A DNA stretch of 64,000 nt, taken from an uncultured bacterium. Lineage in GTDB: Bacteria > Acidobacteriota > Thermoanaerobaculia > Multivoradales > JAHZIX01. This document shows, one piece after another, positions 19,399 to 29,430 of this stretch. Position numbers and translations under genes: made by a program. The notes below the pieces were generated by a model. It was given only the letters and a program-made list of their open reading frames with translations. It was not told the origin of the DNA and did no database searches. Position 1 is the stretch's first letter; the number at the start of each line of letters is the position of its first letter. The stretch covers positions 256,001 to 320,000 of the forward strand of contig CBDUPA010000001.1 of assembly GCA_965368975.1 (NCBI GenBank), written 5' to 3'.

Positions 19399-19449
19399 TT
19401 TTCATGGTGTTCTGACATTTCGCGCTCGGAATCGATATAGACTCCGGGG

Positions 19450-20991
19450 GTGAAGTGCTTTTCGGCGGGATCCTCGAAGTGGCGGTACTGGGCAGGTTCT
19501 GCACTGCTTGCCCTGGTGTTGGTACCCGTGCCGTCGCATCTACCTGGTGGAGTGCTGTCGGGCGTCTCGTCGGTCGCAGAGGCGGAGGAGACTTACGCAC
19601 CCTCCCCGACGCTGCGTCAGGCCCTCGACGCTCGGGCTGGTGCGGCACGGCGGGTGGCGCCGTCGCTCGGCGTGCACGTGATCGATCTAGAAACCGGTAC
19701 CGAGGTCTACGGCTACCGCGCCGACCAGGAGCGCATCCTGGCTTCCAACACCAAGCTCTTCACTTCCGCGGCGGCCCTCGATTTGCTCGGCCCCGGGTAC
19801 TTCTTCGAGACCGAGCTGCGCGGTCGTGGGCGTCTCGTCGACGGCACCTGGCAGGGGCAGCTGGCTGTCCTCGGCGGCGGGGATCCGAACATCTCTGGGC
19901 GCTTCCACTACGGAGATCCCTACGCGGTTTTCCGGCAGTGGGCGGCAGCGTTGCGGCGGCAGGGAATCCAGCGCATCGACGGGGACATCTACCTGGCACC
20001 GGACCTCTTCGGCGACCGCTTCGTCCATCCCGACTGGCCTGACGACCAGCTCGATCGCTGGTACGAGGCGCCGGTGGCGGCGCTGTCGTTCAACGACAAC
20101 TGCGTGCTGGTCAAGGTCTGGCCGACTCGCCCGGGGCAGCCGGCACGCGTGCAGTTGGTGCCCTCGGTGGAGATCTTCGAGGTCGACAACCGCGCGCGCA
20201 CCGCCAACGTACGTCACAGCCGCGTGTGGATCACGCGCAGCCCGGGCAGCGCGGTGATCCGGGTCGGCGGCACGATCTCCAGCCGCCGTAGCGGCCCGGT
20301 GGAGAAGTGGTTGACGGTGCCCGACCCGGTGCGCTACTTCGGGGCCGGCCTGCGCGATGCGTTGAGCGACGAAGGACTCGAGATCCGTGGTGACGTGCGC
20401 GTCGTAGAGACTCTGCCGCCGGGCGTCTGGATGACGCTGGCGGTGCACCGTAGCGACCTGCTCAGCACGCTCGAAGTGATCAACAAGCGCAGCCAGAATT
20501 TCTATGCCGAGAGTGTCTTCAAGCTGCTCGGCGCGCGCCAGTGCCTCGATGGCAGCTGGGCCGGCGGCAGCCGCGTGGTGTCCGAATTCTTGCAGCGCGC
20601 TCTATTCGAGCCAGGCGGGCTTGAAGAGGAGGTGTTCCAGCTCGCCGACGGCTCCGGTATGAGCCGCGGGAACCGTGCCACGCCGCGGGCTCTGACCCGG
20701 CTGCTGCGCTACATGGATCGCCACCCCTGGGCCGACGAATTCAAGGCGACGCTACCGTACAGTGGCGAGGACGACCTGAGCTGGGAAGATCGCCTGGCCG
20801 CCCCGCCCTACGCTGGTCGCGTCTTCGCCAAGACCGGCACCCTCAACGGTGTCTCGACCCTCTCCGGCTACGCGCTGGGCCTGTCGGGGCGGCGCTACGC
20901 CTTCTCGATCCTGTGTAACGGTGCCGCCACCGCCTGGCAGGCTCGACGTGCCCAAGATGCCATCATCCGGGCGTTGATCGATCACGGATAG
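19450..20991 (+). CDS. dacB: D-Ala-D-Ala carboxypeptidase/endopeptidase (PBP4, S13)
   Basis: ASNTK (SxxK), KRSQN (SxN), DGSGMSR, AKTGTL. Start codon uncertain. Confidence 0.9.
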   Translation: MKCFSAGSSKWRYWAGSALLALVLVPVPSHLPGGVLSGVSSVAEAEETYAPSPTLRQALDARAGAARRVAPSLGVHVIDLETGTEVYGYRADQERILASNTKLFTSAAALDLLGPGYFFETELRGRGRLVDGTWQGQLAVLGGGDPNISGRFHYGDPYAVFRQWAAALRRQGIQRIDGDIYLAPDLFGDRFVHPDWPDDQLDRWYEAPVAALSFNDNCVLVKVWPTRPGQPARVQLVPSVEIFEVDNRARTANVRHSRVWITRSPGSAVIRVGGTISSRRSGPVEKWLTVPDPVRYFGAGLRDALSDEGLEIRGDVRVVETLPPGVWMTLAVHRSDLLSTLEVINKRSQNFYAESVFKLLGARQCLDGSWAGGSRVVSEFLQRALFEPGGLEEEVFQLADGSGMSRGNRATPRALTRLLRYMDRHPWADEFKATLPYSGEDDLSWEDRLAAPPYAGRVFAKTGTLNGVSTLSGYALGLSGRRYAFSILCNGAATAWQARRAQDAIIRALIDHG

Positions 20992-21022
20992 TCGGATAGT
21001 CTGCGAGACAGGAGAATTTGCC

Positions 21023-22381
21023 GTGACCACCATCAGTCCTGTTCTCGAAACCCCTCCCGTTCTCACCGGCACCCCGGAGCCCCTCTTGCCGACATCTTCC
21101 ACAGCAGCTGCCGAGTCCGCCAGGGCGGCCGAGGCGATCGACCATCGGGCCCTGATGAAGAAGGTCGAACGCACCGTCGACCTGATCGGTCGTACCGACG
21201 ACTTGGGCGCCACCATCCGCGCCATGGTCGAAACCGTCGTGCGCGAGTTCCGCGACCAGTTGGGAATCGTCGGTGGCCGGCTCTACCGGCACAGTGGTAG
21301 TTCGTACGTGCTGAAGTCGACCTTCGGCGACGCCAAATCGCTGAAGGCCGGCTTGCGCGTGCCGCGTTCTTACCCGGCGATCGAGGCCTGCTGCAACCAG
21401 GGCGTGGTCTACATGGAGGCGGACGATCCGGCGGTCGACCCGGAGCTCGAGGAGCAGCTCGGGGTCAAGGAGTTCGCCTGCATCGAGGTCGGCGACCAGG
21501 AGTACGTCGTTGCCTTCAACGTCAATCCCGGCCACAATCGCGACGACATTCTCTTCTCGCTCAGCATTCTACGCCACAGCGTCAACAACAAGCTGCGCCA
21601 AGAGCGTCTGCAAGAAGTCCTGCGTGAGGCGCACAAGATCCAGGTATCGATCCTGCCGCGCAAGATGCCACACTTTCCGCCCTTCGATATCTATGGTCGC
21701 AGCGAGTCCCTGGACAGTGTCGGCGGTGACTACTACGACTGGATCTCGGTCACCGACAAGATCCTCGGCCTGGCGGTGGCGGACGTCACCGGCCACGGCC
21801 TGCCGGCGGCGCTACAAGTGCGCGACATCTACATGGGCCTGCGCATGGGCATGGAGCGTGACTTCAAGATCGTGCGCACCGTCGAGAGCCTGAACCGCAT
21901 CATCCACGGCTCCAGCCTGACCAGCCGCTTCGTCTCCATGGTGTACGGCGAGGTCGAGCTCAACGGCAACTTCATCTACGTCAATGCCGGTCATCCTGCG
22001 CCGATCCACTTGCGTGCCGACGGCCGCGTCGAGCATCTGCGCGAGGGCGGCCCAGTGCTGGGACCCTTGCCGGATGCTACTTACGAACGTGGCTTCGCCC
22101 ATCTGCGCCCCGGTGATGCTCTCGTCCTGTTCTCGGACGGTATCCTGGAGACCCAGGGCTGGCCGGAAGACGGCAAGGTCGACAGTACCTTGACGCTCGA
22201 AGACTTCGGCACCGAACGCCTGCAAGATCTCTTGCAGAGCTTGCAGCTGCGGGGCGCCAGCGCGCGCGAGATGGTCGATGCCGTATTCGATACCATCGAA
22301 CGCTTCAGCGTCGGCCGCCCAGCGACCGACGATCGCACCGTGCTGGCGCTGACCTATCCGCGCACCGACGCCGACGACTGA
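21023..22381 (+). CDS. PP2C/SpoIIE-family phosphatase (RsbU-like) with N-terminal GAF-like region
   Basis: VGGDYYD, ADVTGHGLPAAL, NAGHP, FSDGILE, DDRT. Confidence 0.88.
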   Translation: MTTISPVLETPPVLTGTPEPLLPTSSTAAAESARAAEAIDHRALMKKVERTVDLIGRTDDLGATIRAMVETVVREFRDQLGIVGGRLYRHSGSSYVLKSTFGDAKSLKAGLRVPRSYPAIEACCNQGVVYMEADDPAVDPELEEQLGVKEFACIEVGDQEYVVAFNVNPGHNRDDILFSLSILRHSVNNKLRQERLQEVLREAHKIQVSILPRKMPHFPPFDIYGRSESLDSVGGDYYDWISVTDKILGLAVADVTGHGLPAALQVRDIYMGLRMGMERDFKIVRTVESLNRIIHGSSLTSRFVSMVYGEVELNGNFIYVNAGHPAPIHLRADGRVEHLREGGPVLGPLPDATYERGFAHLRPGDALVLFSDGILETQGWPEDGKVDSTLTLEDFGTERLQDLLQSLQLRGASAREMVDAVFDTIERFSVGRPATDDRTVLALTYPRTDADD

Positions 22382-22390
22382 GGACTGACG

Positions 22391-23158
22391 TTGGCGGCAT
22401 CGACCGGCGGACAGCTACGCCTGCTCGGTACAGGCACCTGTCAGTTGCAGCCCGAGCGCGCTGCCTCCTCGGTGCTCGTCGAGTGGCCGGACCTGCGCCT
22501 GGTGTTCGACTTCGGTCGGGGCATCGCGGTGCGTCTGAGCGAACTGGGCTACTGCCAGGACGACATCGAGCACGTCGTGCTCTCGCACTTTCACCCGGAC
22601 CATCTGTCCGACCTCATTCCGTATCTGCATGCGGCGTGCTGGTCTCAGATCGACCCACGTCACCGCGACCTGCACATCTACGGGCCGCCGGGCCTGGAAG
22701 TGCAGTTGATGCGACTGCTCAGTCTCTTCGGTCCACATGATCTGTCGCGTCCAGAGCGGTTTCGTGTCCACCTGCACGAGATAGCGGATCCCTCGCAAAA
22801 GGACGGCTGCTTCGAGATCGAGGGGCACAGCTTCGACTTCGTCGACTTGCCGCCGGCCGGTAACCACGGCCTGCGCTTCGAGCTGCAGGGGCACACCTGC
22901 GCCCTCACCGGCGATTCGCACTTCCACGATGCCGAAGTCGAGTTCCTGCGTGGCGTCGACTTGGCGGTGATCGACAGTGGCCACTTGAGCGACACTGAGC
23001 TCGTCGCGCTGGCGGTGCGGGCGGCGCCGACGGTCCTGGTTTGCTCGCACCTCTACCGCGAAGTCGACGCCGCCGAGTTGCAGGCCCAAGCGTCCCGGTG
23101 TGGGTTCGCCGGCACTATTCTGCGCGGTGAGGACGGTCAGATCTTGCTCCCTGCTTGA
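22391..23158 (+). CDS. Metallo-beta-lactamase fold hydrolase (RNase Z/BN-like)
   Basis: LLGTG, DFGRG, SHFHPDH, TGDS, SHLY. Confidence 0.8.
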   Translation: MAASTGGQLRLLGTGTCQLQPERAASSVLVEWPDLRLVFDFGRGIAVRLSELGYCQDDIEHVVLSHFHPDHLSDLIPYLHAACWSQIDPRHRDLHIYGPPGLEVQLMRLLSLFGPHDLSRPERFRVHLHEIADPSQKDGCFEIEGHSFDFVDLPPAGNHGLRFELQGHTCALTGDSHFHDAEVEFLRGVDLAVIDSGHLSDTELVALAVRAAPTVLVCSHLYREVDAAELQAQASRCGFAGTILRGEDGQILLPA

Positions 23159-23297
23159 CGAGGCTCAGCGTTGGTCTCCACCAGTTGGCTTGGCGCTGCT
23201 GTAGAGGCTCTGCCGATAGGAAGGCCTGGAGAGAGGGCGTCGCTTGACTCCTGTTCCCGTGTGCGTGAGGATTCCTTGTTGACAGCGGAGAAGCAGT

Positions 23298-25877
23298 ATG
23301 CACGGCGGATACGAACCAGCTAGTTCCAGAGCGGCAAACCGACAGCAAAAGCTGTTTGATCTTGTCCAGGCCACCCTGCGCCAACCGAGCGAGCAGCGGG
23401 CTGCCTTTCTGGATACCGCCTGCGTCGACGATCCAGAGCTACTGCAGCAGGTGCGTGGGTTGCTGCGAAAGATGGACCACTCTGCCGGTACCTATGCCGC
23501 TGGCGACCCCACCACAGTTAGCCCTTCCGAGCCGCGGGCATTGACCCGAACCGATGAACTCGGCTCGCAAGGTACCGGAGTGATGCCGGAGCGCATCGGC
23601 TCCTACCGATTGTTGGAAGTGCTCGGCCAGGGGGGCATGGGCACGGTGTACCTGGCCGAGCAGACGGAGCCGATCCACCGTCAGGTAGCGGTCAAGGTGA
23701 CGCGGCCGCACCCTCGCTCAGAGCGCGGGCAGCCTGAGTATTTGCGCCTGCGCTTCGAGCTGGAACGACGGGCGCTGGCACGCATGAGTCACTCCCACAT
23801 TGCGCGGGTCTATGAGGCTGGCGACCTGGACGACGGCCGGCCCTACATCGTGATGGAGTACGTGCCCGGGGTACAGCTGGACCAGTACTGTGATCGGCAC
23901 AAGCTCGATGTCGAGGCCCGCATCGCACTCGTCTTGCAGGTCTGTTCCGGTATCCACCACGCACACCAAAAAGGTGTCTTGCACCGTGACATCAAGCCGG
24001 CGAACCTGTTGGTACACGAACAGGACGGCAAGCCGATCGTGAAGGTCCTCGACTTCGGGATCGCCAAGGATCTCGACGCTCCCGCGGACGCCGAGCAGTT
24101 GACCATCGGTGTGTTGCTCGGTACGCCTGCCTTCGTCAGTCCAGAGGCGGCTGCTCACACTCCCGGCAGTGACGACGACAGTCTCGATATTCGCTCGGAT
24201 GTGTATGCCCTGGGGGTGTTGTTGCACCTGCTGCTGATCGGGCAGCTGCCGCACGCCCAGGAAGGTGACGTTGCCCTGATGGAGTACCTGGATCGTGTTG
24301 CGCGGCACGAGCCGCCACTGCTCAGTTCGTGCTTCGAGAGGTTGCAGGTAGACCGGCGGCGTGAAGTCGCTGAACAGCGGGCCACGACGGCCATACGCTT
24401 GCAGAATCGATTGCGAGGGGACTTGGACCGGATCGTCGCCAAGGCGCTGGCCGTCGAGCGTTCCCGGCGCTACGGCTCGGCGGCCGAACTCGCCGATGAT
24501 CTGCGCCGCTTCCTGGCCTTCGAGCCTGTGCAGGCCCGCCCGCCCGGAAGGCTTTACCTCTTGCGCAGATTCGTACGCCGCAACCGGGCCGCGGTCGCCG
24601 CGGTCGTGCTGGTGCTGGTGACCCTGGTCGGAGGCGTGATCGCGCGTGGTCATGAGGCCCGCAAGGCGCTCCAGGCTCAGACCGAGGCGCAGGCGGTGAC
24701 CGACTTCTTGCTGGATCTCTTCGAGGATGCCAGGCCTCCCGGGTCGGTCTCTGAGGAAGTCACCCTACGCCAGGTCCTCGATCGTGGAGCCGTGCGGATC
24801 GATCAGGAATTCACCGGCAGTCCCGTCGTGCGGGCCCGCCTGCTGACCACTCTCGGGCGCGTCTATGTCGAACTGGGACTAGCGGATACCGCGTTGCCAA
24901 GACTCGAAGAGGCACTTGCTCTCTACCGACAGCAAGCCGCTCCGTCGGCCTTGGATCTGGGCACGACACTGCGCTTCATGGCCGATTCGACCCATCTGCT
25001 GGGAGACTACCCACGAGCCCGCGAGCTGTTCGCCGAGACCGTTCGCGTCTTTTCCAGGGGCCTTCCCGAGACCCGCGATGAACTGGCGCAGACCTACTTT
25101 CAGTTCGGTCGTCACCATGCCGTGTTGGGACGGCCTGCTGAAGCTCGGCAGCAGCTGCAAGAAGCCCAGTCCCTATGGTCGACGTGGCTGCCTGACAACG
25201 CAGAGCTGGTGCTGCTGGTGCGTCGCGAAGTCGCCTTCACCCGCTTGCGGGAGGGAGAACACGAGGCAGCATACGAGACGTTTCTGGAGGTCTTGCAGCA
25301 GCAAGAGAATCTACCTGGTGCCAACGAGGTCGAGATTTCGAACACCATGGCGCTGCTGGCGGTCACGTGCATATTTCAGCATCGGCACGCGGAAGCCGAA
25401 CCATGGCTTCATCGAGCCCTGGAGATCACCCGCCGTAGGATGGGCCCCGAGCATCCGACCGTGGCGACGCACCTGACCAATCTCGGTGAGATCTACCAAG
25501 CTACCCTTCGGTATGACATGGCGAGAGAAGTCCTGGAGGAGGCGTTGCAGCTCAAGCTTCGGGTCCTGGGTGAGGACCACATCAAGCTGGCCCCGACGTT
25601 GGAACTGCTGGCCGGGAATGCTGTTGACCTGGGGCGCCCTTCAGTAGCCATTGACTACCAGGAGCGACTAGTGCGGTTGTTGCTCCTACGCCTGGAGCCC
25701 GCCAACCCGGAGGTGCACCGTGCCCGGCAGCAGCTGATCGACTACCATGAGCAGTGGGGGCAGTTGGAGCGGGCGGAGTTTCTGCGACTGCAAGAGGCGC
25801 CCCAACCCATACAGCAAGAAGGCGGCATTCCAATCATGGGGCGTAGTCCCGCGGTTGTCGATGAAGAAGATTCCTGA
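23298..25877 (+). CDS. Ser/Thr protein kinase with TM segment and TPR repeats (copy 1)
   Basis: GQGGMGTVY, VAVK, HRDIKPAN, DFGIAK, GTPAFVSPE; TM; LGxxHPxxA-type TPRs. Confidence 0.9.
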   Translation: MHGGYEPASSRAANRQQKLFDLVQATLRQPSEQRAAFLDTACVDDPELLQQVRGLLRKMDHSAGTYAAGDPTTVSPSEPRALTRTDELGSQGTGVMPERIGSYRLLEVLGQGGMGTVYLAEQTEPIHRQVAVKVTRPHPRSERGQPEYLRLRFELERRALARMSHSHIARVYEAGDLDDGRPYIVMEYVPGVQLDQYCDRHKLDVEARIALVLQVCSGIHHAHQKGVLHRDIKPANLLVHEQDGKPIVKVLDFGIAKDLDAPADAEQLTIGVLLGTPAFVSPEAAAHTPGSDDDSLDIRSDVYALGVLLHLLLIGQLPHAQEGDVALMEYLDRVARHEPPLLSSCFERLQVDRRREVAEQRATTAIRLQNRLRGDLDRIVAKALAVERSRRYGSAAELADDLRRFLAFEPVQARPPGRLYLLRRFVRRNRAAVAAVVLVLVTLVGGVIARGHEARKALQAQTEAQAVTDFLLDLFEDARPPGSVSEEVTLRQVLDRGAVRIDQEFTGSPVVRARLLTTLGRVYVELGLADTALPRLEEALALYRQQAAPSALDLGTTLRFMADSTHLLGDYPRARELFAETVRVFSRGLPETRDELAQTYFQFGRHHAVLGRPAEARQQLQEAQSLWSTWLPDNAELVLLVRREVAFTRLREGEHEAAYETFLEVLQQQENLPGANEVEISNTMALLAVTCIFQHRHAEAEPWLHRALEITRRRMGPEHPTVATHLTNLGEIYQATLRYDMAREVLEEALQLKLRVLGEDHIKLAPTLELLAGNAVDLGRPSVAIDYQERLVRLLLLRLEPANPEVHRARQQLIDYHEQWGQLERAEFLRLQEAPQPIQQEGGIPIMGRSPAVVDEEDS

Positions 25878-28227
25878 CGCTGCAAGCCACCTGGAAGAAG
25901 TAGAGAGTTCCAGGAACCTGGGTCCTTCTCTGGTATTCGATGTGCCCGAGCTGATTGGGGATTACCGGCTCCTGAACCTTCTCGGTGAGGGCGGCATGGG
26001 GCAGGTCTACCTCGCCGAACAGCAGGAACCGATGCCGCGGCAGGTGGCGATCAAGGTGACGCGTCAGCACTGGCGCTCCGAGAGTCTGCGCATGCGCTTC
26101 GAAGTGGAGCGTCGGGCGCTGGCACGGATGAGTCACCCCAACATCGCTCAGGTCTTCGAGGCCGGAGAGCTTGAAGATGGTCGGCCTTATTTCGTCATGG
26201 AGTACGTGCCGGGGGTGCAGCTGGACGAGTACTGCAACATCAACCGCTTGGCAGTCGCGGCGCGTCTCGAACTCTTCCTGCAGGTTTGCGCCGGCATTCA
26301 CCACGCACACCAGAAAGGGGTGTTGCATCGAGACATCAAGCCTTCGAATGTGCTGGTGTGCGATGAGGACGGCAAGCCGGTGGTCAAGATTCTCGACTTC
26401 GGGATCGCCAAAGAACTCGACGCTCCCGTGGCTACCCACCAGCTGACCATTGGAGTGCTTCTCGGCACGCCAGCCTTTGCTAGTCCGGAAGCCGCTGTTC
26501 ACGCTCCTGGCAAGGACCACGAGCCCCTGGATATCCGCTCGGACGTTTACGGTCTGGGCGTCTTGCTGTACCTGTTGCTGGTAGGGGCTCTACCGCATGG
26601 CGGATCGAGTGAGACAACCTTGCTGGAGTATCTCGAACGCGTGGCGCACCAGGATCCGCTGGTACCCAGTACATTTCTTGGCAAGGTTCCAGCCGTCCAG
26701 CTGGCCGAGCTCGCTGTGCAGCGAGCCACCACGGCTTCAGGTCTGCGTCATCGTTTGCGCGGAGACCTGGATTGCATTGCAGCCAAGGCTTTGGCCCGCG
26801 AACGAGACCGGCGCTACGGTTCGGCGGCTGAGTTTGCCGAGGACGTGCGTCGTTTCCTGGCATTCGAACCCGTGCAGGCCCGCCCGCCCGGACGCCTCTA
26901 CCTGCTGCGCAGGGCTGTGCGCCGTAACCGGGTTGTGGTTGCGGCGACTGCCCTGCTGCTGGCAGCATTGGTCGGTAGCCTGCTCGCGCGTGGTCACCAA
27001 GTGCACAAGGCGAGCCTGGCCCAAGCCGAGGCACAGGCGGCGACAGATTTCTTGTTGAGTATCTTTGCGGATGCCGGGTCACCAGGAGCCGCCGGTGGAG
27101 AGGTGACGCTACGGCAGGTCTTGGATTACGGTAGCAGGCGCCTCGAGAGTCACTTTGTCGATAAACCGGAGATTCGAGCTCGTTTGGCTGGAACCATGGG
27201 CGAGGTCTATATTCGCTTGGGAGACTACCAGTTGGCCCTACAGTTGCTCGAAGAAGCAGAAGACTTGCAGGGGCGACTCGGTGTGGAGTCACCTGTTCAG
27301 CATGGTAGACGACTCTGCAATATGGCAATTGTGCAGCTCGGGCTCGGCCGGTTCGAGGAGGCAGAGGTACACATGCAGCGGGCCCTGAGAGTCCACGAGG
27401 CCTACCTGCCCGAAGGCCATGAGGACCTGCTGAAATTAAAGCTGCGGCTGGCTCTTTTTCAGGTCTACGTCGATCAGATGCCAGAGGCGATCGCCCACTT
27501 TGAACGGCTGCTGGAGCAGCTCCGCGACCGGCCGGGTTTGGACTTGCTACGGAGTGACGTCCTGTCGGGGCTGGGCATGGCGTACCTGAGGACCGGTCGC
27601 ATGCAGGACGCGGAGCGATTGCTGGAAGAGAGTCTGGTTCTCCAGGAGGCTCTCTTGGGCCCGGAGCATCTCGAGTCAGTGCAGACGCTCGATGGTCTTG
27701 CGCGTGTCTACGGGGAGGCTGGCAAGGTCGAGAGAGCCGAGGCTCTGCATCGAAGAGTCCTCTTGATTCAGCAGCGCAGCCTCGGTTCGGACCATCCTGA
27801 ACTTGCCCATGCTCACAACAACTTCGGTGTCTTTCTGTGGTTGCAACGTCGCTTGCCAGAAGCGCTGCGCCAGTTCGAGCGCGCCCTGATCATTCATCAG
27901 AAGCATTTCGGTTCGAACCACCCATCCGTTGCCGCGAGTCTCGGCAGCTTGAGCGAGGTCGAGAGAGAGCTTGGGAATCTTCAGCAAGCGATTGCGTATG
28001 CCGAGGAGGCTCTCGACATTCTGTATCGACAAGACGCTACGGAGCCCACGGTGATTCGGAAGTACCTGGAGGACCTTGTCAAACTCTATCGGCTGGTAGG
28101 GGACGCCGAGAGCTTGACGCTGATCGAAGCTCAACTGGCCGCGTTACCAGCGAGAGCTGAAGGCAAGAGCCTGCCCGGGCACACCTTTGTCACGCAGACG
28201 GCAGGCGAGGCTGCGCAACACGAGTAG
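25861..28227 (+). CDS. Ser/Thr protein kinase with TM segment and TPR repeats (copy 2)
   Basis: GEGGMGQVY, HRDIKPSN, DFGIAK, GTPAFASPE; TPRs. ATG 25861 overlaps the upstream stop; start uncertain. Confidence 0.88.
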   Translation: MKKIPDAASHLEEVESSRNLGPSLVFDVPELIGDYRLLNLLGEGGMGQVYLAEQQEPMPRQVAIKVTRQHWRSESLRMRFEVERRALARMSHPNIAQVFEAGELEDGRPYFVMEYVPGVQLDEYCNINRLAVAARLELFLQVCAGIHHAHQKGVLHRDIKPSNVLVCDEDGKPVVKILDFGIAKELDAPVATHQLTIGVLLGTPAFASPEAAVHAPGKDHEPLDIRSDVYGLGVLLYLLLVGALPHGGSSETTLLEYLERVAHQDPLVPSTFLGKVPAVQLAELAVQRATTASGLRHRLRGDLDCIAAKALARERDRRYGSAAEFAEDVRRFLAFEPVQARPPGRLYLLRRAVRRNRVVVAATALLLAALVGSLLARGHQVHKASLAQAEAQAATDFLLSIFADAGSPGAAGGEVTLRQVLDYGSRRLESHFVDKPEIRARLAGTMGEVYIRLGDYQLALQLLEEAEDLQGRLGVESPVQHGRRLCNMAIVQLGLGRFEEAEVHMQRALRVHEAYLPEGHEDLLKLKLRLALFQVYVDQMPEAIAHFERLLEQLRDRPGLDLLRSDVLSGLGMAYLRTGRMQDAERLLEESLVLQEALLGPEHLESVQTLDGLARVYGEAGKVERAEALHRRVLLIQQRSLGSDHPELAHAHNNFGVFLWLQRRLPEALRQFERALIIHQKHFGSNHPSVAASLGSLSEVERELGNLQQAIAYAEEALDILYRQDATEPTVIRKYLEDLVKLYRLVGDAESLTLIEAQLAALPARAEGKSLPGHTFVTQTAGEAAQHE

Positions 28228-28242
28228 CTGGTCTAGCTTCGG

Positions 28243-28623
28243 TCAGCTGTCCTTGCCGGGTGGCTTGAAGTTGGGTGGCATGGCCATGGGAAAGGGTGTG
28301 ACCTTCCCCTTGCTCTCACCCTTGCCATCGCCGTCGCTCAGAATGCGTCCGCCGCCGCCTTGCTTGGGGACTTCGTCGATGCGCACGACGGAGTGCATCG
28401 GGATGTACGTGCGTCGCACGCCCTCGAATTCCGTGCGCAAGCGCTCCTCGCCGGGGTCGATGACCAGCTGTGAGCGTTCGCCGAAGAGCAGTTCCTCGAC
28501 CTCGATGAAGCCGAACAGCCCACCTTGGGTGATCGTGCGCGCGAACAGTTCGTAGATTTCACCGCGGTTGAAGAAGGTGATGCGGTAGATGTGATCGGTG
28601 GTCTCGCTGGTTTTGCTGCTCAT
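28243..28623 (-). CDS. DUF1820 family protein
   Basis: YRITFFNRGEIYELFA...FGFIEVEELLFGERSQLVIDPGEERLRTEFEGV...IPMHSVVRIDEV. Confidence 0.85.
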   Translation of the reverse strand: MSSKTSETTDHIYRITFFNRGEIYELFARTITQGGLFGFIEVEELLFGERSQLVIDPGEERLRTEFEGVRRTYIPMHSVVRIDEVPKQGGGGRILSDGDGKGESKGKVTPFPMAMPPNFKPPGKDS

Positions 28624-28710
28624 GATCTTCGGGCTTTCTCGAGGCGGATTGGGAGAGGGGGGGGTGGATCCCGAAGCGAGCGAAAATTCTAGTGGTATCC
28701 AGCATCAGAG

Positions 28711-29100
28711 TCACCAGACGGCGGCCGAGTAATGCTCGCGGATCAGCCGATCTCGGGTAATGAAGGGAGCGTCGTGAGCCTGCGCTGTTGCTACGAGTAG
28801 GCGATCGAAGGGATCGCGCGTCCAGCTCAAGAGTCGTGCTTTGCCCACGATCTTGCCGAGGTTCTCATCGACCACCTCGACACCCAGGTCTGATTCGAGA
28901 TCACCGAGCAGGCGATCGGCATTGGCCTCGAGGCGGCCGATCTCCCGCAAGTAGGTGATTTCCAGCGCGACAAGCGGAGATACCTTCAACGGGGCCAGCT
29001 CCAGCAACTCCGTCGAGGCACTGCCGAAAGCCTCAATGCGTCCACTCCACAGAAGAACGGCCGCGTGGGTGTCGAGAAACGTTGGCTTCAGGGAGTCCAA
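28711..29100 (-). CDS. vapC: PIN-domain (VapC) toxin
   Basis: FLDTHA, SPLVALEI, RDPFDRLLVATA, ITRD; probable TTG start overlapping the antitoxin end. Confidence 0.85.
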   Translation of the reverse strand: MDSLKPTFLDTHAAVLLWSGRIEAFGSASTELLELAPLKVSPLVALEITYLREIGRLEANADRLLGDLESDLGVEVVDENLGKIVGKARLLSWTRDPFDRLLVATAQAHDAPFITRDRLIREHYSAAVW

Positions 29101-29324
29101 GCGTCTTCCCAGGACGTTTCGATCAACTCGTCCGGCGAGCACAGCAAGCCCTCGCGGCGCGGCAGGCGAGTCAAGTCGCGGCGAACCGGCTGTTCCGGCA
29201 CGATGCGGAGCTTGCGGCCATGACGGATGACCTCTTGGGCTTCGCCGGTCGAGAGCACTTCGTCCAAAACGCGGTAGATGTTGCGTCTCAGCTCGGTCGC
29301 GGTGAGTGGGTGTGGGGTAGCCAT
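29088..29324 (-). CDS. Phd/YefM-family antitoxin
   Basis: TATELRRNIYRVLDEVLSTGEAQEVIRHG; immediately upstream of and overlapping the PIN toxin. Confidence 0.85.
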   Translation of the reverse strand: MATPHPLTATELRRNIYRVLDEVLSTGEAQEVIRHGRKLRIVPEQPVRRDLTRLPRREGLLCSPDELIETSWEDAWTP

Positions 29325-29358
29325 GGTTTTTTCCTATGTGGCCCGGCGCTCAAAGAAG

Positions 29359-29401
29359 GGCGTACGCCGTTCAGTATAGAGCGTACGTATTCGTCTGGCA
29401 A
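29359..29401 (-). promoter_or_regulatory. Toxin-antitoxin promoter with two CGTACG-core operators
   Basis: Minus strand TTGCCA-17-TATACT; palindromes GGCGTACGCC (29359-29368) and GCGTACGT (29381-29388) flank the -10. Confidence 0.7.
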
Positions 29402-29430
29402 TGCGGCTCGTGTGCTCCTGCGCAGAGACC

